Of a stretch of DNA of 64,000 nucleotides, positions 53,201-64,000 are shown in pieces. The stretch's first letter is position 1. The number at the start of each line of letters is the position of its first letter. The notes under the pieces were generated by a model. That model did not search any database. It saw only the letters and a list, made by a program, of their open reading frames with translations, and was not told the origin of the DNA. The position numbers and the translations under genes are program-made. Source of the stretch: Chiloscyllium plagiosum (lineage: Eukaryota); assembly GCF_004010195.1 (NCBI RefSeq), contig NC_057718.1, positions 29,351,206 to 29,415,205 on the forward strand. Reading direction: 5' to 3'.

Positions 53201-53594
53201 CCCACTCTTTCCAACCCCCAAAACTTCCTGTTGTGGGCTTCATCTTGACCTCCATGAATTGCTCATTTAAGGATCTCATTAGACCAAAGACACATGGGCC
53301 ACCCAAGGCCTGCTTGTCCCTCATAATGTCAAGGGCAGGAGTGGGCAGGAAGACCACCTTGGTAATATAGCATCCTTTGCAGAAGTGCCAGTGAAGTGTG
53401 TTAAATTCTTTCATATGTTATCAATGCGTTATTTTAAAGAGATCCTATCACTCTTAAATGAATAAAGTAACAGTAATATCCATACTATTGAAAATATTAC
53501 TTCAAAAGGAGAAATCCAATGACACCAATTGAAATAGGTTTTGTTTTGATAACCTGTCATAAACTTGAAATCATGAAAATATTTTTGGTTCCAG

Positions 53595-53864
53595 GTATTT
53601 TAATATTAGATGAACCCACTTCTGGACTTGATAGTTTCACAGCACACAACTTGGTGATGACTCTCTCGAGACTTGCAAGAGGAAATCGTTTGATCCTAAT
53701 GTCAATCCACCAGCCACGGTCAGACATATTCCATTTGTTTGATCTGGTGGTCCTGCTCTCTTCAGGAGTAACAACTTATTGTGGAACAGCTAAAGATATG
53801 ATTCCATACTTTACCTCAATAGGATATCCTTGTCCAACCTACTGCAATCCTTGTGATTTTTATG
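53595..53864 (+). CDS. ABCG8: ABCG8 exon 6 (Walker B, D-loop, H-switch)
   Basis: (G)[45 protein letters not shown]...CNPCDFY; 270 nt. Confidence 0.97.
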
Positions 53865-54682
53865 GTGAGTATTCAACAGATCAAGAATGGTTCTTAATGG
53901 TAACACTAGACATAAGATCACTAGACGTGAATCTGCAGAGATCATGGATTTCTAAACAAAAGGGTCAATTTAATAATGTAATATTATGTTATTTAGTTAT
54001 TATAATGACTGTATCCTGTTCAGGCACTGAGCTTTCCCTTGCTTGCAAGAGACATTACATTCTTTTGAGAAGATTCATAAAACCTCAATATAGTCAGGCA
54101 GTAGCAAGTCCCCTTGGACTGTAAACCTGAGGCCGCTTTGGAGGTGATATCTGTTACAAGAATGACAATCCCTTAGTTGCAGATTCACAAAGGACACAGG
54201 CCACAGTTAGTTCTTGGGGGTGGTGTGGTTGTCAGGGCGGGAGAGAGTGCTGAAGTGTTGACAGTCACTGTGAGTCCCCTCCCCTAATCAGTATTTAGTT
54301 TTCAATCTGATGCTGATTACCTTTTAATTAATGGTGTTCCCTCTCCACCCCAAACTGCACAATGACAGACCCACTTACAACTGTGGGTAGCAGGATGTGC
54401 CTCTTGAATGGTCACTAAGTGGTCAGTTGGTGTTAAGGCAGGGACCCTTTTCAAAAGAGCTCTGCACCTACAATTTAATTGTGGTGCAGGAGGAATGCTG
54501 ATCAGATTCAAGTACATGTCTTTGCTGCCTGCAGGCTCACCACCGTTGTGACCAGAAAATTCTGCTCAATGACATGTTTCTCATATGATCAGATTAATAT
54601 CTCTTATCCCACCCTTTAGTGAGGCCCTACTTCACTCCCCAACAAGAGGTTGCACATGAAATATCTTACCATCAAGACAGTT

Positions 54683-55580
54683 ATAGAGTCATAGAGATGT
54701 ACAGCGTGGAAACAGACCCTTCGGTCCAACTTGTCCGTGCCATCCAGATATCCCAACCCAATCTAGTCCCACCTGTCAGCTCCTGGCTCATATCCCTCCA
54801 AACTCTTCTTATTCATATACCCATCCAGATGCCTTTTAAATGTTGCAATGTACAAGCCTCCACCAATTCCTCTGGCAGCTCATTCCATACAGGCATCACC
54901 ATCTGGGTGAAAATGTTGCCCCTTAGGTCTCTTTTATAACTTTCCCCTTTCACCCTAAACCAATGCCCTCTAGTTCTGGACTCCCCCACCTCAGGGAAGA
55001 GACTTTGTCTATTTATCGTATCCGTGCCCCTCATGATTTTATAAACCTTTATAAGGTCACCCCTCAGATTCTGATGCTCCAGGGAAAACAGTCCCAGCCT
55101 ATTCACCCTCTCCCTATAGCTCAAATCCTCCAAACCTGGTAACATCCTTGTAAATTTTTTCTGAACCCTTTCAAGTTTCACCACATCTTTCCGATAGGAA
55201 GGAGACCAGAATTGCATGCAATATTCCAAAAGTGGCCTAACCAATTCCTGTGCAGCCACAACATGACCTCCCAACTTCTGTACTCAATACTCTGACCAAT
55301 AAAAGAAAACATACCAAACGGCTTCTTCACTATCCTATCTACCTGCGACTCCACTTTCAAGGAGCTATGAACCTGCACTCCAAGGTCTCTTTGTTCAGCA
55401 ACATTCAATAGGACCTTACCAGAAAGTGTATAAGTCCTGCTAAGATTTGTTTTCCCAAAATACAGCATATCACACTTATCTAAATTAAACTCCATCTGCC
55501 ACTTCTCAGCCCATTGGCCCATCTGATCAAGATCCCGTTGTAGTCTGAGGTAACATTTTGTCCATAACAACTCCAATTTT
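54683..55580 (-). mobile_element. CR1 LINE 3' fragment (about 900 bp)
   Basis: LQRDLDQMGQWAEKWQMEFNLDKC and LVRPLLEYCMQFWSPSYRKD; frameshifted. Confidence 0.92.
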
Positions 55581-56549
55581 TGTTCAGATTACTTAAGTGA
55601 TTTCTGACTTTGGCAGTATCTGTGCAAAGAGTTAATAGTTTAGTCCAACATGACTTCTCCAGAACTCTTTTTCTAAGACTGTCAAGAAACGTACATCACT
55701 GACGTTATCTAAACTGCCTTGGTGATAAGATATTTATTATATGACACCGCTGTTCATGAAATTTGCTCTTTGAACCTTCTAATTGCATATAATTCAGATC
55801 ACTATTGAAAGAGACGGGAACCTCTATGTTGAACAGTCTACAGTCATAGAACTCTTACCATTTGAATCAGCATTTATGGAATGTCCTTCATTATCTAAAC
55901 TATCAATTATTATCTAAAGAGATTTCATTTTTCTTCAAACAATTAGTCAGTAATCATTGCTGTCACATTATTGTAAAATTATTAACCAACATTTTAGAAA
56001 CTCCTATCATTGGTATGCTTGTCATTTTACCATTTGAAGACCTTATCGTAATCATCGAAATCATTAATCAACCTCCTGTTTTTAGACAGTTGTCAATTTT
56101 TAAAGATATTTAATTAATTTGTCAATCTTCATTCAAGACTATCTATCATTATTTTTATGAGCAGTCATATTAGCATGTAAAATTAGTATTTAGTTTGATA
56201 ATGATGCCATTTAAAAGAAACAGCTCCTTGTGTTTGCATACCCTTAACAATCATCACTCATGATAATTTCTTAATTTTTACCATGTTAACCACAGACAGG
56301 ATAATACTTGGTTGTGGTGGCCCCATCCAATGACCAAAACGTTGTGACCCCATCCTTTTGGATTAAACTGTTTCCATGCCCTCAGTAATTGTATTTCTCC
56401 ATTTTGAAAATTGTTCTGTATACCATCTGTACTGAATTTGCTTGACTTATTTATAAACACCTTGCCAATTTCCACTGTCGCCTCAGCTCATTTTTTTTTA
56501 CTAGAATCCTGTGGAAATAATTATGGCGTCAAATTTCCAAATTCTGTAT

Positions 56550-56893
56550 GAAGTGGCATGGATAGGATAAATAGACAAAGTCTTTTCCCTGGGGTTGGGG
56601 AGTCCAGAAGTGGAGGGCATAGGTTTAGGGTGAGAGGGGAAAGATATAAAAGAGACCTAAGGGCAACTTTTTCACACAGAGGGTGGTACATGTATGGAAT
56701 GAGCTGCCAGAGGAAATGGTGGAGGTTGATACAATTGCAATATTTAAAGGGCATTTGGATGGGTATATGAATAGGAAGGGTTTGGAGGGATATAGGCTGG
56801 CAGGTGCTGGCAGGTGGGACTAGATTGGGTTGGGCTATCTGGTCGGCATGGACCGAAGGGTCTGTTTCCATACTGTACATCTCTATGACTCTA
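56550..56893 (+). mobile_element. CR1 LINE 3' end
   Basis: MDRINRQSLFPGVGESR...; same tail as the other copies. Confidence 0.9.
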
Positions 56894-57649
56894 AGTGACT
56901 AAATTTTGCACTCATGAAAAGAGGGTCATTATCATTCATCACTATGTCTGGAACATCTACCAGTGCTTTCAGGCATTCACCAATCTCACTTGTAGACATT
57001 GACATCAACTGGTCTAATTCCAAGTCAACAGAATAGTAGTCAATGGTGACAAGATAATCAGTTCCTATGAGAGTTAATTCATGGTCTGGTTAGGACATCA
57101 CATATCATATCAGTGGTTCGCTAGCTTGCTTAACTTGATACCTACTACAAATACTCTGCTGGCTGATGTCCTTGGTCTTTTTTTTCATGGTAACCAATAG
57201 AACCATTCTCTTAAATTCCTCAGACTAGACTCAGTTCTTCGGCTAGCATGAATGTGTTTCAGCATGTCTTTCCTCACCACACACTCCCCTCCTCGGGATG
57301 TTAACCCTAAAAATCAACATTGATATCCTGTAATTTTTAATAGCAACATTGCGTCCATGATGCTTTCAAGCCATCCTGACATCACAATTCCTACAACAAT
57401 TGGAAAGTCATATCTTATTGTATAGTTTGCTTGATATGAGCCAAGGCGCTTGTCTTTCTGATTCAGTATCCCTTCTCCATCGATTATTTTCATAACATAA
57501 CAGAGAGTTGCTTATCAGGCAGGAGAGGGGGGTTGGGAAACAGACCAGTCATGGTTGAATGATGGAACGGTCCCAATGGGCTGAATGGCCTAATTGTATT
57601 CTTATATCTTATGGTCATTGAATTGGGAAGATTTTGCACTCTCTTTGGA

Positions 57650-57940
57650 CCTGCTACCTCACAGCACCATGAACCCAGGTTTGATTCCAGCCTTTGGTTA
57701 CTGTATGTGTGGAGTTTGCACATTCTCCAGTGTCTGTGTGGGTTTCCACCGGGTGCTTCCGTTTCCTCCCCACAGTTCAAAGATAGTTAGGTGGATTGGC
57801 CATACTATCCAAGGACGTGGTGAATTAACCATGGTTAATACAGGATTATGGGGATAGGATAGAATGCTGTTCAGAGGGCTGGTGCAGACTTGATGTGCCA
57901 GACAGCTTTTATCTGTACTGTAGGGATACTGTGAATCTAT
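57650..57940 (+). mobile_element. Diverged V-SINE inside the Gypsy relic
   Basis: tgtgtggagtttgcacattctcc...gggtttcc V-domain. Confidence 0.75.
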
Positions 57941-59228
57941 GAACTTGCATCATAAGTTTGCTCTCAACAGCACAATGGCATCATTTTTCTTTTTCCCTTA
58001 TATGTTTGTACATTCAGATGAAATCTGTGCAAATGAAGTAACATTCTTTGCAAACTTTTTGGAGGAAAGGTTTTTTGAAGTGGCTTGGGTGGACTACTGT
58101 CACAAAGTTTCTCCCAGTTATTAATTAAAATTCTCTTAAGTAAATACAACAGCCAGGCACTCTTTCTCTATTTGAACATAACAGCGTTCAGTTTGCATTT
58201 ACACCCTGGATGCAAAGGAAACTGGTTTTCATGCTGAGTAAGGTTTGCTCCAAGTCCAAGCTTACTGGAATCACCCTGTAAGGTGACTTCATAATCAATG
58301 CTGTAATATCATAGCCCAGACATTGTTGTCACCTAGTTGTTTAATTCTAGTGAAATCAGATTCTTATGCTGTGCCCCAGTATCACTGCGTAGCTTTAGCA
58401 GTGAACTTGCATCAAGGTTTACACATTGGTAAAAAAATTGGGAAGACCTTTGCTAGTTAAATCATTGTCCCGCTTTCAGATTTATTGATCTGTGCATCTG
58501 TGCTACAGCTCTCACCTTGTAGGGATCTGGGTAAAGTCATTTTGCCTTCAGTGTATGATCTCTGACTTCAGGCATCTTCAAATCTAGTTTTTCTTGTTCA
58601 GCTTTGGTTCACCTGACTGTTGGACTCTCTCTCCAAAGGTCACACAAGATGCTGATTGTGGTCTGCAATAGCTTCCATTGTGTCTCTACATCCATAGACT
58701 AACAGATCTTCTGCAATAGCTTCCAGTTGGGGAAGAATACTGAATATCTCATGCTTTCTGGGTTGATACTCTCCTGCAATGGTGGCAATGCCAAAAGACA
58801 TGCTCAACCATTGAAACATAATTGGAAAACTGCCACTTTCATCCAAGTTCACCATCCTTTACATTTGAGTAATAAAGATCTTTGCCTTGGCAAGTTGCAG
58901 CAAAATTCCTTCAGTGGCTGCATAGTTTAGTGAGATCTCATCAAAGCTTTAGTGAGATCGTTTTGACTGCTGCCTGCTGGCTTCCAGGTTGTTTCACTGC
59001 TCCCATGCTGCTAATCCACACTGTTTAGCAGTCAATGCTATATCGGTCTACAAAACTTTGCAAATCTCCTCAGGCAGTTTTGGGTGACTAGTACAAACTT
59101 TAGACTTGCTTCATCTGAGATGAGTGAATTTTATTTGAAATCTGCTATCTGGAACTCTAGATCCTCATTCTTCCCATTGCTTTGGGATCTCAGCATCATT
59201 TGCTCTCTTGACATGAGTATTCTATCAT

Positions 59229-59349
59229 AGAGTTTAGATTACAGTGGTCCTGGAAAAGCATAGCAGGTCAGGCGGCATCAGAGGAGCAGAAAAATTGACG
59301 TTTTGGACAAAAGCCCTTCATCCAGCATCTGCAGTCCTCACTTTCGCCT
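59229..59349. mobile_element. PLE-like short element inside the Gypsy relic
   Basis: ggaaaagcatagcaggtcaggcggcatc...ccagcatctgcagtcctcacttt, homologous to 21093-21361 and 1-100. Confidence 0.7.
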
Positions 59350-60629
59350 ATTGTATACGAGAGCCTCATTCTTACTTTTGAAGTCCTAATTTTTGAGCCC
59401 CTATTTTGAGCCACTTTTCACACATGTGAAACGCTTATGATATCGCATGATGCAGTGATGTTCAGTTGATGCTCTCTGTGTCATCTTTTAACAGCCAGAA
59501 ATCATTTATCACTAAAGACCTGACAGCACCAACTTCAACTTAGCCTCTCCAGAAACCAACATTATAGGTTTAATTTGCTTCTTTTAAGTTAAGCTTTTGC
59601 ATGCAAAGTGCTGTGACGTCTCGCAGTTAGAATATTTCTTTCCTTATACTGGACATACTTCCTTTTCTCTTATAGTGTCCTCTGCAATATTCACATCCCA
59701 ATCTCTGACCTTGGCCTTTTTTGCTAGATGTTCTGCAAATATTGTTTCCTCTTTTACAGTCTGTGTTTGTTTTAGTTTGGCATGTGTTCAGCATTATGCA
59801 AAGCCTCATTCGCTCTTCCATTCCTGATGATTCACGTTTAAAAGCTTCAATATTGGTTAATAACTTTCTTGGGTGTAGGTTTCTCTTCCCTCAGTAGATG
59901 TACTCTCATTGCAGGATCTCTTAAGCTTAAAAACAATCCTATCTCTGATGAGATAATCTTTCAGTTGTTAAAACCTTCAGGATTTATGTAGATAAATCAG
60001 TGCTATCATACAGAGTAACAGTGTTCCTCTTCTCTGAACTCTGATATTGATCAAATACCAATAACATGTAACATTAATTTTGGGGTTGAAAGCATGGATT
60101 TAAAATATTCTCAACCTCTCATCTAGTTTTCTGCTCCTCTGTGAGATTGAGAATGCAATGCAGCTTGTTATATGTTTTCCCCAGCATTAATAACAGGATT
60201 GCTATTTTTAATTCCTCAGGTTTTTAAATTCATTCTGTAATTATATTTTAGAATTTCGACTCAGAGTTGGAGATAATTCTGTTTCATATCTCTTTCCTTT
60301 CCATAGCAGCAAGGAATGGCTGCCACAGATTGCACACAATAGGCACTTAGAGCAAAAGTTAGGTGTGAGTGCAAAGTATTCCCGTTGGGAGTGGAGAACA
60401 TACTGCAAGTGACAGGACAGGAGAAAACTGGAACAGATGGGAAATAAATTACAACAATATTATTAGACTGGTTATGATCTGTGGAGAGCAAACGTGCTAG
60501 CTATTAATAGAACTTAAACTGCCTACAGATTTTCTAAAGGGATTTTACACTGCATTTGGATAATTAAAAATCTAAAGCAACATGGACGTCTTCTACAGAG
60601 ATCTGGGATATATGAATAGAGCAATCAGT

Positions 60630-60958
60630 GGGCGGCACAGTGGCACAGTGGTTAGCACTGCTGCCTCACAGCGCCAGAGACCCGGGTTCACTTCCTGCCT
60701 CAGGCGACTGACTGTGTGGAGTTTGCACGTTCTCCCCGTGTCTGCGTGGGTTTCCTCCAGGTGCTCCGGTTTCCTCCCACAGTCCAAAGATGTGCAGGGC
60801 CAGATGAATTGGCCATGCTAAATTGCCCGTAGTGTTAGGTAAGGGGTAAATGTAGGGGTATGGGTGGGTTCGCTTCGGCGGGTCGGTGTGGACTTGTTGG
60901 GCCGAAGGGCCTGTTTCCACACTGTAATGTAATCTAATCTAATCTAAAAAATCTAATC
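60630..60958 (+). mobile_element. tRNA-derived V-SINE (HE1-like)
   Basis: Nearly identical to 44819-45140; (AATCT)n tail. Confidence 0.9.
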
Positions 60959-61576
60959 TCTGTATCTCCTTTATGAATTAATTTGAAGATTCATTCCTCA
61001 ATCATTCCTGAGTCTCGACAGAAATCGTACATCAGAGTAGTTAATTCAATGACATCTACAGACAAAACATCTACAGGGAAATAAAAGAGGAAAAAAGTGA
61101 TAGGATTGAGAGAGTGAAAAAAGAAAGAAATCTAAAACAAACATTATTTTTAAACCTCCAATAATAATTAAAATGTTCAACTATGAGAGCTGTTTGGCAG
61201 CAATTAGACTTGGTATATTGTTTCTACAATGTTATTTTGACAGGAATGTACAAATCCTTTTCTTCCTGGTATGTTCATTGTGTCTCTATCACATAAGTAC
61301 CTCAACTTCACTCCTTTGCCAAATTTCACAGTGAAACTTCTGGCAGAATAAGGCAATTAAGGTGACGCTTCCTGATTTCTGCATCTAACTGCATATGAAC
61401 AGTAACTGGGGTTGCTGACCAATTAACCCTTTAATAACAGAGAGAATTGATAGCCTTACCATTCTTGCCATCATTTTTGGAAGTTTGCATCATTTTGGAA
61501 TCCAGGTTCAACTCCTGCTTCAACTTTAAAAAAAATTTGAATTAATGACACAAAAGTATCCTATTGCCTCTTACAG

Positions 61577-61742
61577 TTGACCTAACCAGTATTGACAGGC
61601 GTTCCAAAGAACAGGAAGAATGCACACAGGACAAAGCCAACACACTTGCTTCCATATTCTGGGAGAATGTCAAAGACACAGATGATTACACCTGGAAGTC
61701 AAATGTCAATAATACCTCTCCAAATATGACTAGCACTGCAAG
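61577..61742 (+). CDS. ABCG8: ABCG8 exon 7
   Basis: (V)[40 protein letters not shown]...; 166 nt, phase 1 to 2. Confidence 0.92.
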
Positions 61743-63151
61743 GTACTATTGTCAAGTGAATCTTTGATACTGTAATACACTCTATTCTTAACATTAACAT
61801 TTTGCATTCTTATTTATTATTGTAGGTAGAAAATGTCATATACTTGTTTATTTATCCTAAAGTTTGAATAGAACATAAGAATGGTGGGTGAGGTTTAAAA
61901 AAACTATTCTGTTCACCAAATCTTAAGGCACTGTTCCAGTAATAAACCTAGCATTTATTCCTCTTCTGACGTTAATCTATGCATTTTTTTGTTGAATCAG
62001 GAAATAATTCACATCAATTTAACTGATATGCCTTAATGGTGCATCATTCACATTTAAAATAATTGATTTTAAAGATTATTCTTTAAGTTACTGTAAGCTT
62101 ATAACTAAAATATTTAGTAGTTGAACACTTTTTGCCATTAAACACATGCAATTCTTAAAATTAAAAAAATTGTCTCTTACCACCCCTCCATGTAATTGCC
62201 CTTATCTTTCTGCTTTTCTCGCGCACATGGTACATACTACTGTTCCCTCAACTTTTTCTTTTTGCTGCCATTCTTTAAGGGACATCTTTTCTTTTTATCC
62301 TTTATCTCTTTAATTGCCACATCATTTTACTTTATTTATTATCCATTCTTCTAAACGATCACATGTAATTTGTACTTTTTCTTGTTTTCTCCCGTAATAT
62401 CATTTGTTCTGTCTTCCTCTGTATCAGACCCCTAATTTTTCCTCTTCATTATTTTCACCTTCCCTTTCTTTCTCATGACATTGCACACTATCACTGAGAT
62501 CAGTTCAAATCTCTTGCTTCTGTAATCAGTGATAAAGATATATATAAATAATATATATACACACTCAGCACTGAGGAACACTTGCATTGTATGTTTGTTG
62601 CACTAGGCCATGTACATGTGGGACAACAAAAATGATGGAAGTGAAGGACCATCAGAAAGGAGCCAAAATATATTCGAGCAGAAGGCAAAACCCAGGCCCT
62701 TGAGTGAAAGACAGGCACATGATAGAGGCAGGTAGAACAACATTAAGTCGAATGAAGAACAGATGAGGGCTAAGATGGAGATCCAGATATCAGCTTTCCT
62801 CAGGGAAAGTCCTCAACTGGCAAGATTCTTCACTACAAAAGAAATGGGAAGCCCAGTATATGTTTCACTAAAGTAACTCAGATTTCAAACAAAAATTCCT
62901 TCACGTGGTCCATGAATTATTTATGGATCATTACACAAGTTTTAATAAACATTGATAATTTTAACTTTAGCTGGTTGACATTACACAATGAGGTAAGGTA
63001 AATTAGTTAATTTAGAACAGTGATATTGGAGATATTGAAAATTTGTGATGTAATAAATGAGTAGAAATATTTAAAACTAACATTTTAAACAGAATACTTC
63101 AAATGCCCAGCTCATGCGAATTTTTTTAACCTCATTTTGAAATTCTTCCAG

Positions 63152-63247
63152 TACTCCCCAGATTTCTGATGAAATTATTATTAACATTAAATCAGAAAAC
63201 AAGGACAAGCTAACTGGACAACTGAGACAATTTTCGGTCTTATTAAG
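63152..63247 (+). CDS. ABCG8: ABCG8 exon 8
   Basis: ttccag acceptor; (S)TPQISDEIIINIKSENKDKLTGQLRQFSVLL(R); 96 nt, phase 2-2; end resembles human QQFTTLIR. Not in the ORF track. Confidence 0.85.
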
Positions 63248-63373
63248 GTAAAATACATTTAAGGAGAAATTCTTAATATAGATTTGCATTTCTTTATGAA
63301 AAATGTACACATAATTGTCTGAAATGTGAAGCTACTGCTTTTTGAATTGTAATACTTCTTTCTTTTGTACCAG

Positions 63374-63573
63374 ACGCCAAGTTTCTAATGATTTCAGAGA
63401 TTTACCGACCCTGGCTATACATGGATTTGAGGCACTCTTGATGTCTTTACTAATAGGGTTTTTATACTATAGTCAAGATGGCAAGCAATTATCCATCCAG
63501 GACACAGTGGCATTGTTATACATGATCGGAGCTCTGACCCCATTTGCAGTCGTTTTAGACGTTATCGCTAAAT
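63374..63573 (+). CDS. ABCG8: ABCG8 exon 9 (gene continues beyond window)
   Basis: (R)[32 protein letters not shown]...[10 protein letters not shown](C); 200 nt. Confidence 0.96.
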
Positions 63574-64000
63574 GTAAGATGCTTTTGTTTTCTTTGGCTT
63601 TTACTTTAGAAGTTTTAGTACTTCCAAGACCAATGACTGTTAAAATACCAAGCTGCAGAAAAAGAACTTGACAGCATCTGTTAGGTGTCTGACATCATGG
63701 GGGATAACGTTCTATGTAGATTTGGGTGAATATGTGGAATTAAATCGCTATAAGTGACATTATTCTACTCTCTTCTAAATTTTGCTGTATAGTTAAGCAG
63801 GAAACTCCTTTGGATCTGTCAGATTATTAAAACAAAATGCATTAAAATATTCAAATAGATCATAAGCATGACTCTACCCCTTGATTTTGCTTGATAGCAT
63901 GTGAAAAACACAGCTAAGCAATCCCTTAGCCAATGGATCAGATCTAAGCTCTGCATTCCAGCCATATGCAGTCATAAATGGTGGTGGACAATTAAATAAT

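Larger units (their letters stand above)
56900..60250 (-). mobile_element. Decayed Gypsy/Ty3 LTR retrotransposon internal region
   Basis: Minus-strand remnants in gag-RT-IN order: FNPKINVT (about 60068-60090), CEYCRGH (about 59690), WLSMSFGI and IAEDLLVYG (58640-58855), DYLVTIDYYSVDLE (57019-57060); interrupted by younger inserts. Confidence 0.7.

Noticed and set aside
52432..54568. ggcagaatttt ... aaaattctgct inverted ends bracketing ABCG8 exon 6
   Set aside because: Only about 10 bp, and exon 6 is a normal collinear exon; more likely ends of separate old elements or chance.
54813..55576. 132-153 aa ORFs with RT-associated motifs
   Set aside because: 5'-truncated, frameshifted CR1 ORF2 fragments; not host genes.
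58662..58725. 16-bp direct repeat tctgcaatagcttcca
   Set aside because: Lies inside the Gypsy RT remnant (EAIAE / EAIAD); no sign of independent function.
61743..63151. Apparent absence of ABCG8 exon 8 from the ORF track
   Set aside because: Exon 8 was found by hand at 63152-63247; it is just below the ORF length cutoff.

Overview
Eukaryotic, AT-rich, intron-rich vertebrate DNA. The repeats (HE1/V-SINE-type SINEs, CR1 LINE fragments, Penelope-type short elements) suggest a cartilaginous fish, probably a shark (inference). The window holds the sterol-exporter locus. ABCG5 is complete on the minus strand (13 coding exons, 6489-40066, 1971 nt, 656 aa). ABCG8 lies head-to-head on the plus strand (exons 1-9, 40532-63573, running off the right edge), with 465 bp between the two ATGs. 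The last coding exon of DYNC2LI1 (1236-1304, +) converges on ABCG5, the same gene order as in mammals. Introns contain SINEs, CR1 fragments, two decayed PIF/Harbinger transposases and Gypsy/LTR relics. Main observations: (1) both motifs of the degenerate mammalian ATP site are canonical here (ABCG8 Walker A GCGKT, ABCG5 signature ISGGE); (2) short Penelope-like elements carry hammerhead-ribozyme cores, and one young fold-back copy has captured 57 bp of neighbouring genomic DNA between 16-bp target-site duplications; (3) ABCG8 has a GC-AG intron; (4) a TSD-flanked insertion sits inside the bidirectional promoter; (5) a 20-bp-phased triplet of NR5A-type sites plus an HNF4-type site lies in ABCG5 intron 12. 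I found no support for a wholly new multi-gene system. Exon boundaries were read by hand, repeat boundaries are approximate, and comparisons to human are from memory.
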